NCBI GenBank assembly: GCA_001643675.2 | Contig: LSRY02000035.1 | Location: forward strand, 992,001-1,056,000 | Direction: 5' to 3' | Origin: Monocercomonoides exilis PA203 | Taxonomy: Eukaryota > Protista > Preaxostyla | Length of the DNA: 64,000 bases | Shown: piece by piece, positions 12,001 through 24,484 of the stretch | Position numbering within the stretch: position 1 is the stretch's first letter | How the letters are laid out: every line of letters begins with the position of its first letter | Position numbers and translations under genes: made by a program | Notes under the pieces: generated by a model | The model's input: only the letters and a program-made list of their open reading frames with translations | Told to the model about the DNA's origin: nothing | Database searches by the model: none

Positions 12001-15000
12001 AGTATCCACGTTCACAGACATCGCTTATGTCTCTGATGTCAACATCCACATATCCCACTCATCCACCTCCTTCTGTTCCTTCTGTCTCTTCTGTCTCTTC
12101 TGCTTCTATGCCCTCCAACTCCCCTTCGATGCCTCCATCGTATCCAGAACAGATGCCAGTTCCCTCTCATCTGACGTGTGTGACTGACGATGACCGTGCT
12201 GTGTGCTCAGCTGTGCCATCAACACCGCCGTCGGAGTATTCGCAGGACAGCAGCACGCGACACCGTGTGCATGCAGTGGAGTTGGTGCAGCTGTCGATAA
12301 AAGTGCTGATGGATGGGAAGGAGAAAGACGTAGGCTTCCCCTTCAATCCACAGGCAGACACCTGCGAGGCTGTGGCAGCTGAGCTGATCTCGGCGTGTGG
12401 CCTGCCCTCTGAACAGCACTCAGAAGTGGCACAGAAAATAAGTGTGGCGCTGGACACATTTTATGAAGAGGAGAAGCAGCGGCAGAAGCAGCTGGATGAA
12501 GAGCGGATGGCAGAGGAGAGGGTGATGAAGGAGATGGAAGAGAAGGAAAGAGGAAGGATGCTCGAAAACGACAACAACACACCGCTGCCAAAGGAGAGAA
12601 ATGCGACAAAAGCAGAAGTGGATGAGCAGATGGAGAGCAGCAAAGGAAAAGGAGAAGGAGGAAAGGAAGAGGAAAGCGTGAAAGAAGAAGTGGGAGAAGA
12701 AGGAAAAGCAGTTGAAGGAGTAAATATTAAAGAAGAAAAAGATAAAACAAATGAAGAAGGCAATGAAGTGCCTCAGCCACATTCAACTGCATCTTCACCA
12801 AATTCTCTTGCCCATCCATTCCCAGCGCCATCTCCTGCTCAGCTGGAAGAAGAAGCGAAGTTGAGGCAATTGGAAGAAGAAAGAGAGAAAGCATCGCAAA
12901 TTATGGAGCAGCTGACGAAGCAGATTGAGGAGACGAAAGAGAAAACACTGGAAAGGCAGAAAAGGAAGATGAGTGTGTCACAACAGCAGTCGCCATTTCA
13001 GATGCAGTCTCAAGTGGCTCAGTTGACACAGCACCCTCTTTCTGAAGAGAAAGAAGCACAAATACAGCCAAAATCTCCTCAAATAGCAACAACATTGTCA
13101 TCAACAACATCAACAGCAGCAGCACCAGAGTCACCGTCACTTAGACCACAGCGTTTGGACTCACCTTCTCCACAAGCAGCACAGCATGTCCAGTTGCTGT
13201 CTGATCAATCTACTTCTCCTTCAGACAAAACACAAACAACTCAAAATGTATCTTCTCTTTCTCCTTCCAAAAACACCCTCATTTCTCACCCTGATGACAG
13301 AAGCAGCGCATTCATACAGACAACTCCATCAACAGCACTCAACTCTCTCTCAAAGGAGATGCAACATCTACCAGAATCCAACAGTTCCAGTTCTGAGACA
13401 AAGATATCTTCAGCCTCAACCACTCCTCCTTCACATGGAGAGCCTTCACAGCCAAACACACCTTCTCCTTCACTTTCATCGCAGACAACACAATCTCCAA
13501 CTGAAGCAGTAGCAACATCAACCATTCAGTCAAACTCATCCACCAAACAAAGTTCAACAGCAAATGCTGTTCAATTGACGAATGCTTCACCAAATGCTAC
13601 TCAAACAAACTCATCGCCATCAACAGGAAAATCAGCAGCCAGCCACACAAACATTGCCAATCACCCAATGTCTTCAATTGGCTTGCCTCCTTTTTCACCT
13701 TCTCTCAGCCAATCTATTCCACCTCTTTCTTCTTCCTCCTCTTCAACTTCTACAACTGTTATTCAACCTCCAACTTCTTCTTCCTCATCATCTTCTTCTC
13801 TAACTCCATCAACATCTTCTTCCACTTCAACATCTTCTTCAACTTCCTCTGCCCCATCCACCCAGCGTATCTACATTCCTCCTCCACTCGATGCTGATCC
13901 TCTGACGATGCTGCTCAACTCCTCCACCGTCTTCAACACTGTTGTGCGCGACTGTGGCTGCGAGGAGTTGATGGAGCTCACCAGCCGCATCTTCAAAAAT
14001 GCGCAGAACAAATATGAGGCGACGATGAAGCGGCTGTTCACCTCGTTGGAAGGCATCTCAGACACGTCGGCGACAGAAGATGTGATCAACCAGCTGAGAG
14101 GGCAGACGCTGATGGAGTTCAGAAGCATCATCAGCCTGCACGAAGAGAAGGTGAGTGAGATGATTGAGGCTATCTTCAGAGAGAAGAAGAGGAGGAACGA
14201 GTGCTTGGCGAGCGTGGTGGTGCAGAAGAAAGTGCCCTGCATGTCGCCAATGGCATCTCAGATAGGCTCCTCTGGGAATTCATTGACGCCTTCTTCTTCT
14301 GCTGCTGTCATCGCATCTGCTCAGCAATCTTCTGTGACTTCTTCTTCTTCTTCAATTTCTACTTTTTCCTCCTCTTCTTCTTCTTTGCAGCCATCAAACA
14401 TGATTGGCTTTTCATCTCTTTCAGAGACAACTTTGAAATCGCCATCGTCTTTGTCTGCTTCATCGTCCACCTCTTCCTTCTCTCCGCCATTCACATCGTC
14501 CACTTCATCATCCACTTCTGCCCTGCCGTCGCACACATCCTCTTCTGCCCAGCTTGCTCTGTCTGCCCCGTCTGCCCAGCTGACACAGCCATCCACTCCC
14601 ACACTGTCTGCCACTTCCACAATCAAAGTGAAGGTCGACCCAACAAAACTAGACAGCAACGCCTTCGTCGACTTCCTCCTCAAAAAGGCAGGCAAAGAGG
14701 CGCAGTTGGAGTATCAGCAGAAGCAGAGGGAGTTGTACCAGAAGCAGTTCTGCTGCGGGCAGCCAGCTTCGAATCAGTCTTCGTCCAAGCTGAAGCAGCA
14801 GAATGCAACACAAACAGGTTCCATCAGCTCTGCTTCGAATTCAACAACAAATTTGAATTCAACTTCGACTTCAACTTCAACTTCAACTTCAACTTCTTCG
14901 GTCAATCCATCCAATTCATCAGCAGCACATCAGATGCATCCGAATGATGCTCATTCATCATCTCCTGCACAGTCACAATCGCCAGGTGCAAATGCATCCT

Positions 15001-16277
15001 CGTCAGCAACTGCAACATCAAACAGCAATAGTTCTGCTGCATACAACATTCATTCGCCTTCTCCTTCCTCTCCTCCAAAGGCAGCTGTCCAATCTCCTTC
15101 AAAAAAGAACAATACAATTCGACAGCCAAAGAACGAACAAGGAATAAACACTGTATCCAATGACAATACTCAAACATTATCACAGCAAGCTCCACTTTCA
15201 ACTTCGAATTCTTCTTCATCATCGTCATCTTCTTCTTCTTCTTCCTCTCCTTCCACCTCTTTTTCATCTACTCCTTCAAACACCATCCGAACACAGCACA
15301 CTTCTGTCTCTCCAGCCATCTCTCCTTCTCCTCCCCCGACAATCAAGCAATCACTCCAACAGTCCTCTTCGATGGCTGCTGCTGATCCAGCAGCAAACGA
15401 GAGGGGCCTCTCATTTCACTCTGCCGACGCCAAAAAGCCCAGTTCACCTGCCTTTCTCGCCTTTGGCAAAGCTGCTCAATCGCATCCAACGCAGACACAA
15501 GCAGCACTCCCCAGCACACTCCACATAACCTCTCCTCAGTCTCCTTCTTCATCTCCTTCTGCATATTCCACACCTCACCCGGTCGGCCCTTCATCTTTGT
15601 CCACCTCACAGGCACCCCATCTCAATACCAGCCATTCTTTCTCTTCCCTCCCAAGTGTCTTAGCTCCTGTAGCTGTAACGTCATGTTCTCCTTCTCCTTC
15701 ACCCTCATCTGCATCAGCCTCTTCTTCCTCTTCTTCCACATTCCCCTCCTTCTCCTCTTCCTCTCCTTCTCCTTCTCCACCAGCAGATGACATTTCGCGA
15801 CATGGCACTCTAATCTTCTCTTCAAGCAGCGACTTCAACGATCAGCTGCTTCCATCTGCTTCTCGCTCACCCACCCCTTCACAATCATATTCACCTGCTC
15901 CTGGGTTGATGTCGCAGTTATTTTTAGCAACACCAACGCCAAATCCTTCTTTCACTTCCTCTTCTGCTGCCGCTGCTTCTTCTTCTTCTTCTTCTTCCTC
16001 TGTCTCTTCTCAGACAGCACGTCAGTCAGCTCCTCCCTCGCGGCAGCAGTCTCCAACACATGGTCGTGTTCCTTCTGGGTATGCCTGCACTTCTCCTTCT
16101 TCATCTGTCACTCCCACTAATCCGCCCCTGACATCCTACGCTTCCGATCCAAGATTGTCTTCAAGAGATGACAAGACAGCAAAAGAAAACAATACCATAA
16201 GCAGCACAGGATTAGACGACTTTATAAAGCAGCAAGTGGATGGATTCGATCTTGGCTTGAAGGCTAAAGGAACATAA
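9012..16277 (+). CDS. WNK: WNK (with-no-lysine) Ser/Thr kinase, 3 exons (9012-9083, 9146-9286, 9372-16277), ~2372 aa
   Basis: SPDGRFVK, LGRGSFKEVYKAYDREKGIEVAWNQV (WNK-type Lys in subdomain I, N at the usual Lys position), IIHRDLKCDNIFING, VKVGDLGL and IGTPEFMAPELY. Two phase-0 GT-AG introns restore the frame. CCT/PF2-like segment VGFPFNPQADTCEAVAAELI. Confidence 0.95.
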
Positions 16278-17769
16278 TTTTCTTCCTTCTTGCTGTTTAT
16301 TTCAACTTATAATAAAAATTAGTTTTTATCAGTTTGTTTTTATTGTGTTGCTAATGTTTATTTATCCTTCCATCCCTTTTATACAAATGTCTTTCTGTAC
16401 TTTTAAAACAAATAATTTAAGTTTTAATGTCGCATTTATTTTAAAATATAAAAGCGTTCTTTATCAAATATGTTATTAGCATTTGTCTTTATTACTAAAA
16501 TAATTGTTTGCTTGAAAAATAGTATTTCAAATGGATGATTATATTTGTCGTTATATATTTTTTCTATATGAGAATGAAAACAAAATGTCAAATCATTGGA
16601 TAATAAATTCATGCTGAAATATCCATTGTACAATCATAATCGCACACCTTTGTTTTGATGAAAGCGAAAAAACAAATTTCTTTCAAAGGGAAATACACCT
16701 TCTGGTTGACCTCCAAACTTTTTTTAGCCTTTATATCAAACTGAAATTCTTGACTGAATAGAACAGATATCAAAAAGAATGACCCAATTTTTTTCTCAGT
16801 TTTTTTTAAAATGATTCGTGAATAATTGAATAATCATAAATTCTTAAAGAAAAATTCTTAGAATTTATATTGTGTAATTCATTTTAATTTTGTGCATAAT
16901 TATTTCTTTCAAGAAAAAGACAATGATTTGTTGCAAACTTTTTCTGTGTCCCAGATATTTGAATACATGCATTTTAATGCAAAAAAACATTGATGGAATT
17001 ATCAAAAAAATTGAGAAAAATATATGAAAAAATTGCATGGAGCAAATAAGAGAAAGAATAGAATTTTGTCTCATTTGAAATTTATCTTTCTTTCAAAATT
17101 GAGATATTTTGTTCTCACGAGAAATTCAAAAGAAAAACCTTTTTAAAAAACCCAAATGCCTTTAATGTTTCATATTGAAAATAAAAAATAATTATTCGAA
17201 CAACCAAAATATTCTTTAAACTGAATTATTATGAAAGAAGAGCAAAAATTCATATAATGATGTCGATTCTGAAAACAATTCAAGAATTTTTATATATAAT
17301 TACAAGGACTTTCATTTCTCTTGAATTCTTAAAAATTAACAACTACAAGTTAACATTAATAAATTTCTGCATTATCACTTCCAGAAATGAGTATGATATG
17401 AAACAGAAGTCACTGAACTTTTGTGTCACATGTGAAAATTTTTTAAAATGAACATTTTGAAAAAATAACTGGTGGAAATGAAAAATGTGTATTTTCATCA
17501 AATTTTCATTGCAACTCACGAAGCTTCACAAAGAATAAAAATAGAAACAATGTCAAGCATTTCCTTTAATGACAGCAAATTTTTGTGAAGTTAGATGAAA
17601 ATTCGACAATAAAATTCCATTCTCATTTTCACCAGAAAAATAAACTAAATGAAATTTTCAAAATAAAATTTAGACATGTGAGTTTTTTTTCAATTTGAGT
17701 TATTGTTTTAGAAATCATAACTTTTTTCGGTGTGTTGTTTTTTCAAATAATGTTTTTTTTTGGTAAGTA

Positions 17770-18146
17770 CAGATTTCGCACAAAATACAGGACAAGATTG
17801 ATTTCACAATAACTGCAGGAGAAATAATTCTGACAATTTTCCTCAAAATATATCTCATTAATACAAACTCATTTGATATATAAAATTTTCATGACTTCCT
17901 CGTTTATGCTCAGAAATATCAATTTTTGAAATTTCTGAGAAACTCAAAATCCTATTTGATTTAAATTTTAATAATAATTTTTTCTGAGCATAAACGAGGA
18001 AGTCATGAAAATTTTATATATCAAATGAGTTTGTATTAATGAGATATATTTTGAGGAAAATTGTCAGAATTATTTCTCCTGCAGTTATTGTGAAATCAAT
18101 CTTGTCCGGTATTTTGCGCTATGTCCAGTATTTTATGCGATATCTG
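17770..18146. mobile_element. 377-bp Tc1/mariner-type MITE
   Basis: Termini TA|CAGATTTCGCA...TGCGATATCTG|TA. Near-perfect ~127-bp inverted arms at 17790-17916 and 17981-18107. No coding capacity. Confidence 0.85.
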
Positions 18147-19094
18147 TAATCACTTTTTTTTAAAAGTTTTTTGTGTGCAATTTCTTTCATTGGATATTAT
18201 TTTATTATAAAAAATTCAATGTATGTGTTCAAAGGAAAAAAAAAATTTTTTTTGAAACCATGTTATTCATCAAAAAAGTTAGAAATCAATTTGATTTATT
18301 CTAAAAAAAATGCTTTTTCCAACGTTTATTCAAATAAGAAAATGAAAATATTAGACACTTTCAATTATCGAAATGAAAAAAGGATCAATGGATATCAGTC
18401 CAAATCATAGAAAACTGAAGCAAAAAATAAAAAAAAGACATTCTCAATAAATTAACACTTTCAATTATCAACATTTGTATCAACGAAATTTCCTTGGTTC
18501 GCACTTGTATTGAAATATGCTTTTTATTAACTTCTTTTTCGGTTTTGTTTTAAACTTTTTCGATGAAAAAAATTTTTGGAGTTATTTTCGAAATCGAATA
18601 ATTATTGGTTTTTAAATCACATAAACACAGAATATAAAAGTTTCATCTTTTAAATGTTCTACAGGCATAAAATTTGCATCTTTTAAAAGGAAGCTCAATG
18701 AGTAATAAGCCTTCGCAATTTGTCTTTTTAAAAATCAAATGTTTATGCACACACAAGTTTTATTTGGTACCTTATGCAACATCATTTTTCTTAACAACCA
18801 AATCCCGAAAGAATAATAATTTAAAAAACAAACATTTTCACATACAAGTAATATCTTCTTTATCAGCTCATTAAACAGACAATTGAAAATGAAAAAAAAA
18901 AAAAACTAAACAAAAAGAAAACAAAAAAAATATCAAAAAGGTTAAAAACGTTCATTTCTTTTTGACTTTTCTCAAACCAATAACAATCACAATTATTATT
19001 CAACTACAGTCGAACACCCATTCTCCCAAATGTGTGATTGCTACGAAATTATTTACTCTGGCAACAGTATGAATTTCTAAATGGTTGGTCAGAG

Positions 19095-19989
19095 TTAATC
19101 CGATTTCGTCTCTGATGCTGATGGATAAGGAGGTGAAGGATATGCATTATCCATTTGAACATTCAGGGCTTGAAGGCATATATAAGGATATGGAGGCAAC
19201 GAAGGATACACGCTTGGTATTGGTGGCGATGGAAACGAAATCAGCGAACAAATTGGTGGGTAACGATACTGAGTCGGTGCTGTAGCTTGTGCCTCACTTG
19301 AAGGAGGTTCAGCAGCAAATTCCACTTCTTTTTTCTCGGGTTCGATGGGAAAAGCATCAACAACAGTTTCAGTTGGAGCTTCTTCAACAACAATGGAAGG
19401 TGGTGGAGCTGGTGCAACAGGCTTGTTTTCTGTACCAGTTGAAGCTCCTCCGAAAACAGCAGGTGGAGTTGGCTTTGGCTTTGCTACGGATGGGCAATCA
19501 TAAAGAATTTCAAGTTTTACTTTTCCAGCCGATTTTCCCGATTTTCTATGAAACTCAAAATTTTCCTTTTGCTTGTTATTCAGATATTGCAAAATCTAAA
19601 CATTCACAAAACCACACCGCAGCAATAAAAAAAGGGAATGCCTTAAAACTATTTATAAAAAGCAAACATCCAATTTCAATGAACCAATAAGTTGATCAGA
19701 AGTAACAACATTTGAGTCCCAAAGCTCAAGTATCAAATCTTTTTTCTCGTTTTTCGGATCAAAATCCAATGTAAACTCTTGTTAAAACGATTTATAACAA
19801 TTGAATATTAAAATAGAGTCTCAAACTTTCTTTGAATTTTGGATGAAGGCAATTCTTTATCACTTTTGTCTGTCTTCTATATTTTCCGATCTTAATAACG
19901 ACATATGGATCAGACAATCCATTAACATCAACTGCTGGAACGTCCTTGCAAGAAATAATTTCCAATCTAATTGTTCCTGGATAATACAT
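19095..19989 (-). CDS. C2-domain protein with Pro/Tyr-rich tail, multi-exon
   Basis: IRLEIISCKDVPAVDVNGLSDPYVVIKIG...TKVIKNCLHPKF, then FTLDFDP...LILELWDSNVVTSDQLI in a second exon and GKVKLEILY in the last exon. Exact exon boundaries are partly uncertain. Confidence 0.85.
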
Positions 19990-20177
19990 GAATGATAAAT
20001 TAGATCCATCCTTTAATAAAAAAATTCTGTAAATTTATTCTGAATTGAATAATTTTAATTTATTGCATAAGCACTGCTTTCTTATGCAGAGAATCAGAAA
20101 ATTTGAAAAAAATGGTATCCATAATTATATAATTATTACAAAAAAAATAAAATTTTAATTTTCAAAGAAGCAAAAAG

Positions 20178-23100
20178 ATGTTACGATTATGCTTTTTGCT
20201 TTTCCAAACGCTCATGCTTTCAGGGTGCTTTGTGATAATTATGGTTTTATTGTTTTATAATCCTATTGTCACAATCCCTGAACATGAATTTGGGAACAGA
20301 ACCGGAACATACATTCTCGGAGATTCTCCTCTTGGAATCGTATGGTTCGCACAAGTCACAGATATGCATTTTGGAAAAAATGAAGCCATTTTCCCTTCGT
20401 TTCAGTTTGATTTAATTTTTTTGTTTGAAAAATGTTGCTTTCAAATAAATTACAAAGATCTTTCATAAATGAAGTTATTCACGGATATTTAAAGCCTTAT
20501 AGATTGCTTATTACCGGAGATATTGCACAAGAAACACAACTGTTTGCAATTTATTTTGGAATAATTGTATTAATAAGACAATTTTTTGAACGAATTTTTT
20601 CAGAGGACTTCAGTCATCAAGAAATCTTACAAGCTGGAAAGAGTATAATGAATCTATATTTTCACTAGGCAAAGATCGTTGCAAGTTTGTTCTTGATATC
20701 AGAGGAAATCATGACGGTATTTTCTTCTTTTTTTATGAATTCAAAAAAATTAATTTTTTTTGAAATAAACGTATGATTTTATAAAAATTCTTCAAAAAAA
20801 AGCTGCTGGAACAACACCTCATTACACAGATCGAGATGTTTATATGAAGTATTCCTCTTGCGGATATTTGAAGAGTTTTCTATTTTGGAACACACTGTCT
20901 TATGAGACGGATGATGTGAATAACACCGCAAATGGAAATGGGAAAGAGCATATAGGATTTGTGATGATGGATACTCCGATTGATCCAAGTCTGACTCTGA
21001 CGTTCAACTACTTTGGTGACATCTCCAACCAGCGTATGCTCTCAACAAATGAAACTCGACTGTCTGCTTTGAAAACGAGTCTGGTGGAATACCAAGGGAA
21101 AGGAAACAACGAAAATAGAGCAAATGTTGTATTTTTAGCGACGCACCATCACCAAGCAACAATGACAATCCGGATGAAGAAAATGATGGAGAGACTGATG
21201 GTAAAGGGATACTGGGATGATGGACAGTTGCAGCCAGATAAAGAGAATATTGGTAAAATAGAATATTTTATTTTTTTCGATAAATTTGTTTAATATCGAT
21301 CATATATTTGCTTCAATCTATTTATACACTTTTCACTTATTGATATCGAAACGCTTAGAAACAAAGACAACTCATCCGCCTGTGCCAAACATTTGGGGAG
21401 TTGTGAGTGGCCATGCACATCGCGTGGAGATGGAGCGCTTTGCTGCAGAGAGAAGCGGTTTAGAGGCTGAACTGGATGCATTTGTGACAACACGCGCCTG
21501 GCGGATGTTTGCAGTCGACCATGGAATTGTTGGGTTTGTGGACGACTGGTATGTTTGGAGCGAGGAGCTGAAAGCGAGGCTGGGGATGCATGGGCATGGG
21601 AGAATAGAGGTTGATGTGGAAGAAGAAGAAGAGGAAAACGACGATGATGACAGAAAGAAAAGAAGATATGGACATGAAATCAAAGAAAGTTCGCTCACAC
21701 ATCAACATCATCCACTTCAACTCAAAAAAAGGACAATAGAAATTCAGAAATCATTTTTTGGAGAAGTGAAAGATGCCATTCGAATGCGGCGAAATGAGAA
21801 ACGGAACGATTTTTTTGGAAGAGAAGTTGCATTGAGAATGAAAGCGAAGTCAGCAAAAGGAGCATCATCCAATCATTCAAATGATGTCTCTACATATCCT
21901 CAGACTTCTGTCTCAAGCGCACAATCGGCAGCTTTCTCAGGTGCGCCGTCACTTTGCACAGGCCTCATTACCAATCCTCCCTCAGCCCGTCAGACAACTC
22001 AGAGGACGCCAATGTCGCTTGTGCGCAACTCCACCCACATAAGAGCACTGGTTCTGTGCCAAGCGCCTATCCACCGCGTTTGGATTGAAGCGACACGAGC
22101 AACTGGAAGAGAATTGATAAAGCCAGAGTCTGTTGCCACACGTTCGTTTGTGGTGGATGGAGATACACCACCGCCTGAGCGAGGAGAAGGAACAGAGATT
22201 ATTAATCTTACACTGACCAACCAGCCGAATCCAGAGAATGTGCCATTGTACGTTGCACGATGGGATCCAAAAAGATTCAGTGATGCAGAATTCTACAGAT
22301 TCCAGCTGCATGCAATTGTGAACGAAGCATCATCTTTTTCTGCAAAAACAAGCACTCAAAATGCAAAAAATGAATTAACTGCAAAAGAGGATGTTGTCAA
22401 GCGTCATTTCATTTTTGCGCCTCATCCGTTTTCTCTCCAAAACAAAGGGCTGCCGCTGATGCCTTCGTTTGGGCGGTTTATCATCCGAACGCCTTTTATC
22501 GAGTGGTTCCTTTTTCTCGAGTTATTCTTTTCGATCGTTCTTTTCGTGGTGCTTTTGTGCGGCTGCTGTGTCAAACCTGCAGCAAAAGTATTGCTGAACA
22601 GAGAAAAGAAGAGCATTCAACTGAAGATGGATGAAAGAATGCAATTATGGGAAATGTATAAGAATACAATGAAAATACATCCATCTCCTTCAGATTTATC
22701 AGAAGCGGAAGAAAAAGACTCAACTTGCATTACAGATGGGTCGAATGTTTTAAGAGAAGCTGGCAACGAGAGTGAAACATCCCAAAAGGATTATGCGAAT
22801 GCAAATTGTGTGTCATTAGAAATGAAAGTGAAAGAAGAAAATGGCCCAAATCAATTGTCTGTCAACATATGTGATGAATGCTTTTCATCCAACTCAGAAA
22901 GCCAAGCGAATGAATCAGAGATCGAAGCAGATTATAACTTTCTGAAAAACGAAGATGAAAAGTGGCTGAACTGCGATTGGAAAGATGTTATTGTGAGTGT
23001 TGTGTGGAGCGACCAAGTTGCAGCTGACGAATGGCAACAAAAAAGAGAGCAAAGAGAGCAAAGAGTGCAGATGGCTATTGAAGCTCTGAAGAAAAGTAGG

Positions 23101-24213
23101 GAAAGAAATGGAAAGATTGAAGAAAGAAAAGGAGAAGAAATTCATGGCATGCTCGGCGAATGCGCTGAAGATTCGGTTCATTCATCATTTTCATCGCCAA
23201 AGCCGGACTCTACTTGCACTAAATCTTCCCATTCAATCAAGCCACACACAACATTGTCTTATTTCATTTCTGACGCATCGTATCTACTTAGCTTTAAAAA
23301 TTCACTTCATTTTCAGCAGATTCAGATTGAGTCTGAGAAACTCAGAAGGCAGAGGCAAAAAGAAAAAATCTGCAAACAGAAGAAACACTCAGAAAAGCAA
23401 AGACCTGCCTTTCCTGGTGATTCATCCTCGTCTGCTTCTCCTTCTCCTTCTCTTTGTGAAGCAACACATTCAGGTTCTCTTCCTCCTCTTCCTTTATTGT
23501 CTCTTTGCAGCCCATCGTATTTATCTCGTCTTCTCCAGCTGGTCATCCTGAACTTCTACCCCTTCTTCCGCGAAGGCATGTGTGCGTGGGTGTTTTCGAT
23601 GTTTATGCTGCTATTCATTTCAATTGGACCGCTTTTCATCGGCCGCCCGCCAGAAGCAGGGTGGATGGCAGTGTTCAGCTGGGGTGCTGCGCAGAATGGA
23701 GTGGTTGTGGTGCAGGAAGACATCTACTTGATGCTGGCAGTGGCCATTCTTCTCTTCATTGGCTATCCTCTCGTGCTGATCATTGCTTATTCTAATTTTG
23801 AGCCTCGCTGCAACTGCAAGCGAAGAGATGCACCAAAACATTTGATGGAGCCAATGAACAATGAAAAAGTAACCTCTGGCAATATTTATGACAAGCAAAC
23901 ACATTCAATCCAACCCACAAAGGATCTTCTTCATTCTGTTGAGCAATCAGACCACTACGTTTTTCCACCAGTGCCTTCTACGCGATCAGCCATAAATATA
24001 TTCTGGATGGGACTGCTGTTTGTGATGCTCGATGTTATTTGTCTTGCGTTTTTGATTCTGATGGGATTGACACATCCTTCGTTTTTGCTCTCTCCTGTTG
24101 CTATTTGGTTTTCGCTAATTGCACTTTCATTGCAAATTGTGCTTGCAGTTCAGAAGAAAAGAAGGTCCAAATATAAAAAAACGAACTCCAAAGTCATTAG
24201 TCATGGTGAATAA
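20178..24213 (+). CDS. TMEM62-like membrane-anchored calcineurin-like metallophosphoesterase, multi-exon
   Basis: Metal-binding motifs spread across exons: QVTDMH, ITGD, DIRGNHD (20695-20715), THHH and SGHAH. Also RMFAVDHG, LITNPP and STHIRAL. N-terminal signal/TM segment and several C-terminal TM helices. Confidence 0.85.
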
Positions 24214-24484
24214 CAATATATCAATTATGTAAAATATCAAATTTGAAATAATGTAATTTTATAAATTTGCACAGTTGGATTTTTTTTTATTTCTTTTTAT
24301 TTCTTAATGGTACCTTTTATATGTATTTTTCTTTTTTCAATCATTAAAAAAAAGAAGTTCAAGATTGAACACAGAATTTTTATTCACACCCATAAAAACA
24401 TTGAGTTTTCATAAAAAAATAATAATTAATAGTTAAACAGCTTTTGAAAAACTATTCAGCTGTTTCAGGTACCCAAAAAGTTCC

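Noticed and set aside
9616-15838. Many alternative-frame and antisense ORFs inside WNK (also inside TMEM62 and DIRS)
   Set aside because: Shadows of GC-richer low-complexity coding sequence with no independent motifs.
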